The notes under the pieces are model-generated. The model was not told where the DNA came from, did not search any database, and worked only from the letters and a program-made list of their open reading frames with translations. Position numbers and translations under genes: made by a program. 64,000 nucleotides of DNA from Rhizaria sp. SCN 62-66 (taxonomy: Eukaryota). The stretch covers positions 1 to 64,000 of the forward strand of contig MEDY01000050.1 in the NCBI GenBank assembly GCA_001724265.1. Direction: 5' to 3'. Every line of letters begins with the position of its first letter. Positions within the stretch are counted from its first letter, which is position 1. Below are positions 35,807-47,300 of this stretch, one piece after another.

Positions 35807-36139
35807 GGAGAGCTCACTCAGGCTCAGCAGTCCTGATACTTTTCATCCATAACAACAACATAGACCCCAATATAACACGTAAAGCTTAATTGATTATTTA
35901 ATGTTTATGCAGGCTCATACATAACAATCTTATATTTATCGCGAACTGTGACATCACAACGTGTTTTGAGTGTTCTGCCGTATTATCTTATCACGGTGAC
36001 TGATTACTTATTATGCGTCTGCACCTTTGCGTTCTGAGCCCAAAAAAAAAGAGTTTTTACCACCGACAGGCAGACGCCAAAGTGAGAAGGTGGAATGGAA
36101 CAAAAAAGAGCCCCTGGCGGAAGGGTCTTCGAAACGGGC

Positions 36140-36147
36140 AAAAAAAA
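36140..36147 (-). terminator. RNA polymerase III oligo-dT terminator of tRNA-Ala
   Basis: Run of 8 T on the minus strand a few nt after the tRNA 3' end. Confidence 0.7.
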
Positions 36148-36153
36148 GAAGTG

Positions 36154-36226
36154 TGTAGCTTGGGGGCATTGATCCCCCTGCCCCGCGCATGCTAAGCGCA
36201 TACTCTACCATCTGAGCTAAAGCCAC
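36154..36226 (-). tRNA. tRNA-Ala (anticodon AGC)
   Basis: Minus strand GTGGCTT-TAGCTCAGATGGTAGAGT-A-TGCGC-TTAGCAT-GCGCG-GGGCA-GGGGG-ATCAATG-CCCCC-AAGCTAC-A gives a 73-nt cloverleaf with the G3:U70 alanine identity pair and A73 discriminator. Confidence 0.95.
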
Positions 36227-36774
36227 TTGAGTTTTTACTCGACTTGGTGTTTGGTTGAAAATAATAAATATTAATAGCGATAAATATTTTCGTCTGAATT
36301 ATTATTTGTAAGCATTGATTTTTCTTAGTCTCAAATGAACATGTCTATATTTGGGGTTCAACTAAGATATCATATAAAGACTAATTCATGACAGATTCTA
36401 GATAGATGCCGAAAAAGATTAAAATCGTTGTTGGGGAAGATGTTAAGCGCTTGTACAGTACATGTCACTAGTTTTAAAGACACAGTTACTCGTGCTAAAT
36501 ACCTACTGAATCAGTCGTGAGGCGGGCTGAATGCGCGAAATTATTTCAATGGTTGGGATAACAACACAATACTTTGTATTTCTTCGACATATAAAGCATT
36601 CATGCCAATTGCGTTACAGAGAAAATATCATACGGATCCTAAGCACGCTCGCTATCGTATAATCAATGACACCAATGGCGAACTTTACAGGTTACTCACA
36701 CACAAATTGCTTCTTGACCAGCAGTGCCATCACACAAGAGCATCCGCGGCAGTTTAACTTCCGTCGTCGCGCAC

Positions 36775-39700
36775 TTAGAGGCCGTGCATCTTAAGCGCGG
36801 CGTCGAGCCGTGCGCGGACCTGGGCAAACTGCAGCACAAAGCCCCTGGTAGGGTAGTACATCTTGCCCGAGAGCTCCTCTGCCTTGGCGAAGGCGCCGAC
36901 GCCGACGTCCAACTGCGGTGGCAGGCCCCACAGCGCGAGCGTCTCGACAGCGTGGCGCTGCGCAGGAGTAAGAGCGGCCTGAGAGGAAAAGAAGTGAACA
37001 GAAGACAAGAGAACGTTTAGAGACATACATGAGCTCAGGAGACCAAATTAATTGTACAAGATAGTATTTAAAGTGAAATTATCCTAAAATAATCAGGTTT
37101 TGTTTAATTTGGACTTGTTATGAGCGAGATATCTCCCGAAACATACCTGGCGTGCGGCGATTTCGTCGGCGCTGAGCGCCTTGTCAACGGCGCCGGCCTC
37201 GCTGGCGGCGACCGTGGCGTGCGCCAGCGGAGGCACCTCGAGCGCGATGAGGCGGCGCAGCGGCTCGGCCACGGCGCGCGCGTGCGCCACAACGGCGGAG
37301 CGGATGCGCGCAGGCGTCGCAGAGAGTGTCTTTGCAAGCATCGACATGCTCAGCAGCATCGCTTGCTCGTTGTAAGCGATCGACGCCGCAGCAGCCTGAG
37401 AGCAAAAGATACGAGAAACAACGAATAAAAAGAGAAATCAATTGAAGATGAGTTAAAATAAAGGTACAATATATAAGTTCTGAGAAGATTTAATCAATAT
37501 ACGTTGTTTTGTCCCCCCTTCCTTTGTTCGTACCTGGCGGGTGCCGCGGAGCTTATCGTAGCCGGCCTCGTTGTAGTAGGGCTCATTGAGCCCGATGACG
37601 AGGCCTTGGAGCGAGACGATGAGCTGCAGCAGGTTCGAGTGCTGCGCGTTCCAGTTCTGCGTGCCGTGTCCATCCCAGGTGCCCAACAGGGAGAGGCAGA
37701 CGCGACCCGTGTCGTAGAGGTTGGGGTGGATGCGCGTGCCGTACGACGAGAAGACGACCTTGGGCGCGCTGTTGGGGTAGTCGGTCGGCAGCACGACGTG
37801 GAACTCGTACACGCCGTGCGCGTAGGGCGTCCCAGCGGGGCCCGCGATGAGCACGGTGAGCGTGTCGATGCTCGTCTCGTAGCCGTAGATGTGCACGCCT
37901 GGCGGGCAGGACGAGGCCAGCTGGCGCCACTCGGTGTGCACGCGCTTCGACAGGGCCGGGGACATGAGCGCGGCGGGGAACGCGGTGCGCGGGGCGGGCG
38001 CTTCGGTGGTCTCGAAGCCGCCGAAGACGGCATCCGCAGGCACGGGCTCCGTGCTGATCTCGACGGTCTCCTCAACAGGAGAAGTAGCAGCAGCACCAGC
38101 GGCGGCGGGCTCAGCCTTAGCCGCGTCAGCAGCAGGAGCCTCAGTAGCAGCCGCAGCAGCAGCGGGCTCAGCAGCAGCGGCAGCGGCGCCGCTGACACTA
38201 GAGCTCGAGCTGGCTGCATCAGCGTTCGCATCAGCGCTCGCGCCGTCCTTGTTCGCGCTGGCGTTGGCGTTGATGTAGATCTTGCCGTCGGCGGCGCTGG
38301 CGTTGACGGCGAGCCCGTGCGTGCCGGCCTGCTGCGCGATCTGGTTGTTGAGGTTATCCTCGTTGTTGTCGGCGTCCTCGTTGGAGATGACGTAGATCTC
38401 CCACGGCCACACGCGCGAGAAGGTGCCCTGCGACCACTTGACGAGCAGGAAGCCGTGCTCGATAGCCACGATGCAGCCGCTCCACTCCTTGTGCGAGCAC
38501 GTCTCCGTCACGGGCATCAGCCGCACGACGAAGTCGCCGATGTTAACCTCCTGCGTCGCGGTGCGGATGTCGTACACAGAGACCTCCTGCACGGGCGTCG
38601 TCACATACGTCACGCCGTCGGTCACCGTGATCTCGTACGCGTCCACGTCCACCTCCATCGCGGGAGGCTCCGTGCTGGGCGCGTTGTTGTTGCTGCCGAA
38701 CGTCACGTCGCGCACGGCCTTGCCCTCGGCTGCGGCCTTGGCCTCGATGCCCGCGCGCCAGTCGGCGAGCGCCTGCGCCGCGCCGCCCGCCCACGCACTG
38801 TGCGCGTTCTCGGCCTCGTCACTTCCCACGGCGCCCACGGCGGTGCTCGCGCTGCCGCTGCTGTGGTCAAGGATGCTGTTGTTGTTGGTGCTCTTGTTGC
38901 CCGAGCGCGGCGGTGCGGGCGCGTCCTTGTACTGGCGGATCCAACGCACGTACGCCGTCTGCTCGGGCGCGTCCATCTTGACCACATAGCCCGTCAGCGC
39001 GCAGCGGGCGCCGCCGCGGATGACCTCGGCGCGCGACTCGATGAAGTCCATGGCGCAGTGGTCGAAGTCCTGGAGCTGGTCGCGCGGGATCAGGTCGACA
39101 GCGGGCACTTCGCGCGAGATGGTGCCGTCCTGCCACAGCACGTCAGCGACCGTGCGCGTCTTGAACACGCGCGCAATACCCAGGCGCCAGCACGTGTTGA
39201 GCTGCTCGGGGGTCTTGGTGGGCGCGGCGGCGGCGGCGGTGGCGGCAGCCTTCTTGCCGGCGGCGCCCGTCTTCTTGGTGCCGAGGGCGGTCTTCTTGGC
39301 GGGCTTCTTCGCGGCCGCAGCGGTCTCAGTCTCAGCAGCCTCGGCGTCGGCCTCAGGCTCGGCAGCAGCAGCGGTGGCAGAGTCGGCGTCGGCGTCGGCG
39401 TCAGCCTCGGGCTCAGCGGCGGTGGCAGCGGCGGCCTTCTTGCCGTCAGCGGCCCCGTCCTCGTCGTCCTCCTCGCCATCAGCCCCGGCGGCGTCGCCGT
39501 CGGCGGCGTCGTCGTCGGCCTCGGCGTCGTCGCCGAAAAGCGTCTTGGTGTCGGTGTTCTTGACCGAGCGCGGGTCATAAGGGTACTCGACGCCCTCGAA
39601 GTCAGCAACAGCCTAGAACGATAAAACAAACAACAAGATACAAGAAGCACAAAATGTGAGATTTTAGAAGTATATATATAACAAACTATTAAAATAACGT

Positions 39701-40982
39701 GAATAATTTGGTTTTGAGTGCGAGAGATTCATCGTCGTATAGTAATTCTAATTGAAAAAAAAGAAGAACGCACCTTAACCCACTCGGAGACGCTGTCGCC
39801 GCAGTAGAGCTTGGCGAAGCGCTTGCGGAGGCGCGCGGGGAGGTACACACGGTCGTTCATGGTCATGTACACGTGATCAAAGGGATCGATGTCGACGAGC
39901 CGGGCGGGAGAGATGGTGGCGTCCTGGTCCAGGTCCGCGTCCTGCTTGAGCACGGCGACCCACTGCATCTCGACCGACTTGGTGGTGACCTGCGTGACAG
40001 TGCCGCGCAGCGCGGGCTGGCCCTTGAACATCTTGGCGGCGGCGGCGGCGTTGCCCTCGAGCCATGTGCCCTTCTGCAGCAGCGCGGCGCGCGTGACGTC
40101 GACGACGAGTCCCGGGTAGTAAAACATGTCGGGGTCCTCTGGCTCCAGCCCGGACTCGCGCTGCACGGGATCCACTTCGTCGAACTCGGGCGACGCAATG
40201 TCCACCACCAGCTTCGGGCCGAACTTGACCGTGACGTGCGCGCTGCCACCCAGCGCCGTGCCCACCTTTGCGTGGTCGTCCGTCGCCACGAAGACATTGG
40301 GCCGGCCCCACAGGTGCACGCGCTGCAAGATCCAGCTGGGCACGCACGGCAGCACAATGAAGCGTTTCGGGGGTGGGCCGCGGGTCTTGGCGGTCTTCTT
40401 CTTGACGGGAAACTCGAAGACGAGGTCGCAGTAGACCTTGGCGTTGGTGACGATGCCGAACGACGACACGGGGCGGGTCGCCCAGGCCACGGGGCCGCCG
40501 GGGCGCATCGCGCGGTCCACGAGGCGCAGGCGTGAGTGGTGGAACGGGGAGACTTCGCCGTTGATGTACACGGCAGCCTCGCCCTCGTTGAGCGGGACTT
40601 CAGGTTCCTCGTCCTCGTCTTCGTCTTCGTCCTCGTAGCCGTCCTCGTCCTCCTCGCCCTCGAAGCCGTCGCCGTCGACCGCGTCGACGCCGTCGCCGTC
40701 GCGGTTGCCGCCGCTCGAGGAGAGCGTGCGCGTGGGATTGGTCGCGTTGTCAACGACGGTAATGCTGTCGCCCGCGGCGTCGCCGTTGTAGTTGCCGTCG
40801 TCGTCGCCGAAGTCACCGTCATCCTCTGGCGCGCCAGAGTCCCAGGCAGTGTACTCGACGACGCCGAGCGTGTGCGGCCGCGCCTGCTCGTAGACCAGGT
40901 CGCCCTCGTAGAACTGGGGGAAGTCGCGCGACACGGGCGCGCCGGCCGCGGGGTCGGCGGCGGAAGCGACAGGAGTCGACAT
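36775..40982 (-). CDS. UBE2O: UBE2O/PHO2-like E2-E3 hybrid ubiquitin-conjugating enzyme, ~1246 aa
   Basis: complement join(40982..39774,39612..37534,37395..37147,36978..36775), all phase-0 GT-AG introns. N-terminal LRLVDR..RPG.PV and TRTVADVLWQDG motifs. UBC domain GPAGTPYAHGVYEF..LPTDYP..PKV, RIHPNLYDTGRVCLSLLGTW (catalytic Cys), LLQLIVSLQGLV..EPYYNEAGY, SIAYNE. Ends TAA. Confidence 0.9.
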
Positions 40983-41592
40983 GGCGGGGTTAGACGCGTG
41001 AGCTGCGTTGGGTGATTGAGAGGTTCAGGTCTGGGAAAGAGAGAGAAAAAAAGCTTCTGTTTAAGAGCAGGATGGGCATATGATTGAATGAGGATTTACT
41101 GTATAAAATAAAACACATAAAATCAAGGGGTGGAGAGAGCAACGATACACAATGGCGACCAGATAAATCTGCAACAATACCCGCAATGAACCTGCTGCCG
41201 CACGGACCGCTCGTTCATGATTGTGGCCACAGTTTTTTTCGGAACCGAGGGTGGGGGACTGTGGCAGCAGCTCGATGGCGAGGCACTCAAGGGTCCTCGG
41301 ACCGGGACCCACGGTTATTGGACAGGCCGCCTAGATCGACTTAAGGGTACCAGGGTCGCGCGGAAACGCCATGCAAAAGACAAAATGCCTTGACATGACT
41401 CATATGTGCTCATTTCTGTGTCCGCAAGATGCAGACGAAGATCTTCCCACTCTCTAGCAAGCCAAACCAATTCCAAGTGGATCTCTATCACGAGTCCGTT
41501 GTTTATCCAGTTTCCATTTTGCCCACGCTCACGCACCCCTGCCATCATGTCCCGTGTATTAATATTCCTTGCTGCGCAACTGCTCAGGCGCT

Positions 41593-43650
41593 ATGGGAGA
41601 CCCCCGTATGCGGACTTTGATCCACGTTTTCAGCAATGTGGACGAAGTTCCGACTCTTTCCCAGCTCATCTCCACGACAAACTCTCTCCCAACAGCTCGT
41701 GGCGTTGCCATCCTGGGCTTTCCCAGCGACGAGGGCACCACGCGCAACGGTGGGCGCCCCGGTGGCATCGACGGTCCGTCCGCTTTCCGCCGCTTCCTCA
41801 ACTCCAAGGGTCCAGTGATCAACCCCGAGTTCGATATCGACCTTACCAAGGGCGACATCCTCATCGTCGACGCCGGCGACGCCTTTCCGTGCGCCGACTC
41901 CAGCGCCTCCAGCGCCTCGGCGTCCGCTGCCGGGTCCGCCCCGGGTAGTCTGACGCTGGAGCAGCGCCACGCCGCGCTGCGCATGGCGGTGCGCTCGCTG
42001 CTCATCAAGGGATACATCCCTTTCTGCATCGGCGGCAGCAACGACCAGAGCTATCCCAACGCGCGCGCGCTCATGGACTTGGCGGGCGAAGGCAACGTTG
42101 GCGTCGTCAATATTGACGCTCATCTTGACGTCCGTCCTCTCATCGCCAACCCCGCTCTCGCACGCTCCAGCTCCAGCTCCAGCTCTAGCTCAGGTGCCAG
42201 CGCCAGTAGTGCCAGCGCCAGTGCCAGCGCTAGCGCGAGCGCGAGTGAGGCTAATGCAGAGGTGGAGCTGCCGGTCGAGGCGACGCTGATGTTCCCCAAC
42301 GAGCCCGCATCCTCCTTCCCTCTGCCCTGGACGGTCACCAACGTCATGAACAACAACAACAATGTTGATGTAAAGAGCGACACCAGCTCTGACAGCAGTC
42401 GCAGCGCAAGCAAGAACCGCGCTGGCCGCCGCAGCAGCGTGGCTGCGGAGGCTGCGACGACAGCGGCAGAGACTGAGACGGCGTTCCAGCAGCAGCTGCA
42501 GCCGTTGTTGGCCCACTCTGGCTCTCCTTTCCGGCTGCTGCTGGAGACGCCCAGGTTTGACGGCCGCGCGTTCCTGGAGTTTGCGGCGCAGGGCATGCAG
42601 TGCTCGAACGAGCACGCGAACTACGTGTTCAGCAAGGGCGGACGGATCTTCTGGCAGAGCGACACTCATCAAGTGATCGGTGGCATTAACAATCCGCATG
42701 TTCTTGCGCGTGCGAGTGACAAGATTGTCGATAACTATAGCAAAGTTAATGACGAATTCACTGAGTTTTTGAACTCCTATTCTTCCAACTTTGAGCGGTA
42801 TGTGACGCAGCAGATCAATCCTTGCACCATTTACCCCAATGGGTCTCGGTTCTCTTACACATCCAGGAATTTCTTCAAGGATGTGTTCCGTGCGCCCGCT
42901 GCACTGACATCAAATCACAAAGCGATCGTAAAGAAAGCATTCTTGAAGTTCCGGGAGGATCAAGCAAAGCGGTCTCAACCCCTGGGCCAGCAGCCCAAGC
43001 GGCGAATGCTGGCGGACGGCAGCGTCGCCGCTGATGATCAAGACAATGGTGGCGCAGACGCGGGCGATGATGCTGCTATTGATGCGTGTGTTGACGCGTA
43101 TGCTACCTCCTTTATTGTTGAGAGAGAACAATTTTGGTTCTGTTACGGTCCCTCGCTCGTCTTTACTCCTGGCCCCGGCGCTGAAGCTGAGCGCACGCTC
43201 TTTGCGGCGCACCGCCAGCTCGCCCACATCGCCCCCAGCGACCAGAACAAGGCTGCTACCGCGCAGAAGAGCACGGTGGAGGAGGAGAACATCGTTTTCC
43301 GCTCCTGCTGCGGCTGGGAGGGCACCGGCCCCGGCGGCCGCCACAACTGCTACGTGGTCGCCGACTCGGCCGACGCCCTGATCCACCGCGCAATGTTCAT
43401 CTCGTTCGACATCGACGCCGTGATTGGCTCCGCCGCCCCGGGCGTGTCGTGCCCGTCCCCCATCGGCCTGCAGGCGCAGGATGCGCTGGACATCGCGTTC
43501 AGTGCGGGCAGGGACCCACACGTGCGTCTGTTTGACCTCTCTGAGCTGTGTCCGGCGGTGGAGTCCTACCAGACGCCCATGCTCGCCGTGTTTATGTTCT
43601 ACCACTTTGCCATGGGGGTTGCCGTGCGCCCCAAGTGCGCCGCGAAGTAA
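41593..43650 (+). CDS. hutG: Formimidoylglutamase (HutG; arginase/ureohydrolase family)
   Basis: GFPSDEGTTRNGGRPG..GPSAFR, GGSNDQSYPN, NIDAHLDVR, HSGSPFR, FISFDIDAV...APGVSCPSPIGL and DLSELCP are ureohydrolase/HutG motifs. Exact start uncertain (ATG 41593 or 41608). Ends TAA. Confidence 0.85.
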   Translation: MGDPRMRTLIHVFSNVDEVPTLSQLISTTNSLPTARGVAILGFPSDEGTTRNGGRPGGIDGPSAFRRFLNSKGPVINPEFDIDLTKGDILIVDAGDAFPCADSSASSASASAAGSAPGSLTLEQRHAALRMAVRSLLIKGYIPFCIGGSNDQSYPNARALMDLAGEGNVGVVNIDAHLDVRPLIANPALARSSSSSSSSSGASASSASASASASASASEANAEVELPVEATLMFPNEPASSFPLPWTVTNVMNNNNNVDVKSDTSSDSSRSASKNRAGRRSSVAAEAATTAAETETAFQQQLQPLLAHSGSPFRLLLETPRFDGRAFLEFAAQGMQCSNEHANYVFSKGGRIFWQSDTHQVIGGINNPHVLARASDKIVDNYSKVNDEFTEFLNSYSSNFERYVTQQINPCTIYPNGSRFSYTSRNFFKDVFRAPAALTSNHKAIVKKAFLKFREDQAKRSQPLGQQPKRRMLADGSVAADDQDNGGADAGDDAAIDACVDAYATSFIVEREQFWFCYGPSLVFTPGPGAEAERTLFAAHRQLAHIAPSDQNKAATAQKSTVEEENIVFRSCCGWEGTGPGGRHNCYVVADSADALIHRAMFISFDIDAVIGSAAPGVSCPSPIGLQAQDALDIAFSAGRDPHVRLFDLSELCPAVESYQTPMLAVFMFYHFAMGVAVRPKCAAK

Positions 43651-44357
43651 GCTGAGGAGGGCTCGGGCAACAGCGTGCGTGTTAGGTGCAGGGTGTTGTC
43701 AGCGAACAACATTCGGGAGGAACAGGCTGACGAAAAAGAGTGCGTGCTTGGTGCGTTGCAAAGCACAGTCGCAGTGATGCGTATTGAAGATGCAGATTAT
43801 TGTTGAGAGAGCGGATATGTTAAATTATAACATTAGCATGAGGCGTACACAGATGGGAGATGCAGCTTGATATCTCGGTCGGACTAGTTGATGTCAGTGG
43901 AGAATCGTCATGTGTATTCATTGAAAATAAATTATTAATATAATATAATATTTAATTCTTCTGGAAAATCACATTTTTAACGTTTCACTATATATTTCTT
44001 TAATATTAGCCCAGTACACCGATTATAGCACATTGTCACTGACACCACAGCGCCGCGCCGTGTGGTGCAGTCTGCGGCCCACGTGGACGAAATGTAATCG
44101 AGGTTCTTGCAGCAGCTTTATCTCAGTAATATGATCGTCAAACTGAATACGAGCGTCTTTTTTCTTGTGAAACGTTTTTGAAATGTCAATTTATTTACTT
44201 TTTTCCTCATAAGATATGAGTTTTCGTTGTGAAATCTACTGTCTCGCAATCGCAGGTATCCGGTCAGCGGACTCCCACCTCAACCCTCCAGACCCTGCAC
44301 TGCAAGTTCTGCCCGCCTTATTTCTTTCTGCAGTTGCCTTGTAAGCCCGGATACACC

Positions 44358-47300
44358 ATGTTGCGTGGCGTTTCCGCTGCAGCTGCAGCCGATCAGAGCC
44401 GTTCTCCCTCGCGCGGAGCATCTGCTTGCGTCCCTGGTTCTGCATTGTCAGCATCTGCGTCAAGTCCTCACTCTCGCTCTAACTTGACAACAACAACTGC
44501 TGCCGCGTTACATGCGACTCCTGCAGTCAAGCGTGCCCGCGTGGCCCGTACTACGCGCAGTCACAACAGCGCCGACAGTGGTCACAGTGATACCAACAAC
44601 GATGATGATGATAGTTCTCGTGATGACAGCGACGTTAGTAATGACGACTGTGACGGCGATAATGGCAATGATAGTGATGTTGGTGCAGCAGCAAGTCGTT
44701 CCCGCCGCAGCTCTTCTCTGCGCTCTTGCGCTTCCCGTGAGGAAGCATTCTTAACATTGTACACTCGCCCCGCAGCAGCTACTGCACCAAACGTAACAGT
44801 AAGAAACAACAACAGCAACAATGCAACATTGCTCAAGACCCCGTTTAAGACAGCTGCAGCAGCTACTGCTCAGGAAAAAACTCCTGCGAGCGCTAAGCTT
44901 AAGGCTAGCGCGGACTCAAGCGCTGTTAAGTCGCCTTTGAAGCGTCCGTTTTCACCAAGCACACACACTTCTCAACAACTGACTGTGAACAGCTCCCCCG
45001 CGGCCACCGTGAGCGCGGTGGCCGTGAGCACCTCCGCGGCCCCGTTCTGCGCCGCGACCGCGGCAGACGCTGGCACGGCCGTGAGCGCCAGCGGGCGGCT
45101 GCAGCGCAGGCAGCGCGGCCCGGCGCAGCTCTGGCGCGGGGAAGGGGCCTCGCTGGCCGCTGTTGCGCGCTTTGTTGAGTCAGACTCTGGCTCTGAGTCT
45201 GGCTCTGCTTCTGACTCCGGCTCTGGCTCTGGCTTAAGCAACGCCGGCTCTGAGGCTGAGAATGAGGCTGAGAACGAGAGTGTGAGAGTTGACACAAAGA
45301 GTGCTTTGAAGAAGGATGCTGCTAAGGTTGCGACAAAGACCAACAGTTCTGCCAATATTACCGTCAACAAAAACAAGAGCATTGCCGCTGCAAATGGTCA
45401 CAATAAGAGTAGCAGCAGCAAGGCCAAGACTCCCGTGAAGAGTCTAGTGGGTGCGAAAACAACACCGAACAAAAAGTCTTCAACCCCAGTCTCTGTCAAG
45501 ACTATCGCTAAAACTCAAGTGAAGGCTAAGGTCACCAAGAACATTAAGACTGTTTCCAATGCTGATTCCGACTCAGGTAGCGTAGGCGACAGCCATAGTC
45601 ACAGTGTCAGCCAGAGTGGCAGTGACAGCGATGACGACAGTAGTGACGGCGAACGCAGCCAGATCACCCGCGACCCCCTTGGCCGCATTGCACGCTACTC
45701 CTGCGCTCTCGGCGGCGGCGGCCTCGGCCCCTCTCACCTCAACGACACCGCACTTGCGAGCGCGAATTACAACGCGCGCGCTGACGCTGACGCGTCTCGC
45801 GGCCGGTCCAAGGCGAAGGGCGTCGGCAAGGGCCTCGGGCGGCGCCAGTATCACCAGTTCCCCGTCACGGTTGTCTGGCCAGAGCACGGCGATTACTGGC
45901 ACCCGCTGGCCTGCGCGCCGCCGCCGCTGCCGGCCGCCGTTGCGGCCGCAGCCGCGGCCGCTGCGCCCGCGCGCGCGCTGCTGCCGATCATCCCGTACCG
46001 CGCTCCGCCGGTCTCTCATGTTGAGGAGAAGATGAACGCGAAAGCCAGAAGCAACACGAGCGCAGTGAAGGCGAGTGCTCTTGCTGTTGCTGGTGCTCCG
46101 TTATTGCCATCTTCTTCTTCATCTAATCCTCTGTCGTTGCCGTCTTCATCGTCGTCGCTGGCTTTACGACCATCTCCATCCCTTGCAGCAAGCACACACA
46201 AGCCAGAGTCAACGTCACAAGCGCAGTCGCGGTTGACTGCACCGCTGCCGCTGTCTGCGCTGCTGCGCGGCCGCGGCATGGCCGTCATTCGCGGCGGCCC
46301 CGCTGCGCAAGGTTGGGCTGCGATGCTGCTCGATGAAGTGAACTCACGCGTTACTTACCGCAGCAGCACTGTCGTCACGAACGCTCAGAACAGTGCCCAC
46401 AATGGCAGCAACAGCGAGGCGACCATGACCGGCATCAGTGACAGCAACAACCCGAGTAAAGCTCCCGCGAACAGCACTGAGAGCGCGCAGTTGCCCCGCG
46501 CCTCGCGCGTCATTATCTCGCGTCGCACGCTGTTCTCGCTTCCCACGGCATCCGCGATTGTAGAGCAAACAGTGCAGCAAACCGCGGCGGCGGACACGGC
46601 TGCCGCGGTGAGGCTGGCCTCTGCGCAGGCCAACGCAGCTGCGGCGGCGCGCGCGGCAGCAAAGGGACTAACTTCTGTTCAACAGGAGAAACAACAGCGA
46701 ACTAAGGATGCCGAGTTCAAGTCTAAGGGGCTGGTGCCGAGTCCCGAAGACGCTGCTGCGACAGTTCACGCGATTCTGGCCCGGGACACTGAGCCGTACT
46801 GCACGCACGACGGCGACTGCGACTTGTCTGTCATCCACAATCACCACAACGATAATAACGGCGCTGACACTGCGAGTGAGGCTATCAGCCGCAGTAACAA
46901 TACGTACAGTCGTGATGAAGAGCACGATGACTGTGCTGCTGTTGGTGGTCGGTGTAGCTTGTGGTTTCCGCTGCTGAGTAAACGCACAGTGAACACGGTG
47001 ATTAGCCAATACGCAGACTGGACTTGCTACAATAACCCCGCGAACAACGCACGCAACGATGCCGGACCAACAGTAACTCAGAACGGTGACGAGAGCAACT
47101 CCGATTCCACTGAGAGTTCGAGTATTACAACTCCTAGTCCGACGGCGACAATGACCAACACCGCACCTAAGTCTGCGTCTGCGCCTGCGTCTGCGTCGAA
47201 TGCAAGTGCCGCAGTGAGTGTAAGTGTGACTGTGCCCGAGTGTCCGTCCCGCGCGCGCGCCGCGACTCTCAGGGCCCTGGCTGCGGTGCTGCGCCACTGC

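Noticed and set aside
36040-36140. Possible second tRNA (for example a CTA suppressor) downstream of tRNA-Ala
   Set aside because: GC patches between T runs do not form a cloverleaf and lack A-box and B-box sequences.
37504-39624. 706-aa ORF antisense to the UBE2O-like gene
   Set aside because: Mirror-frame artefact of codon bias; its limits coincide with the sense exon.
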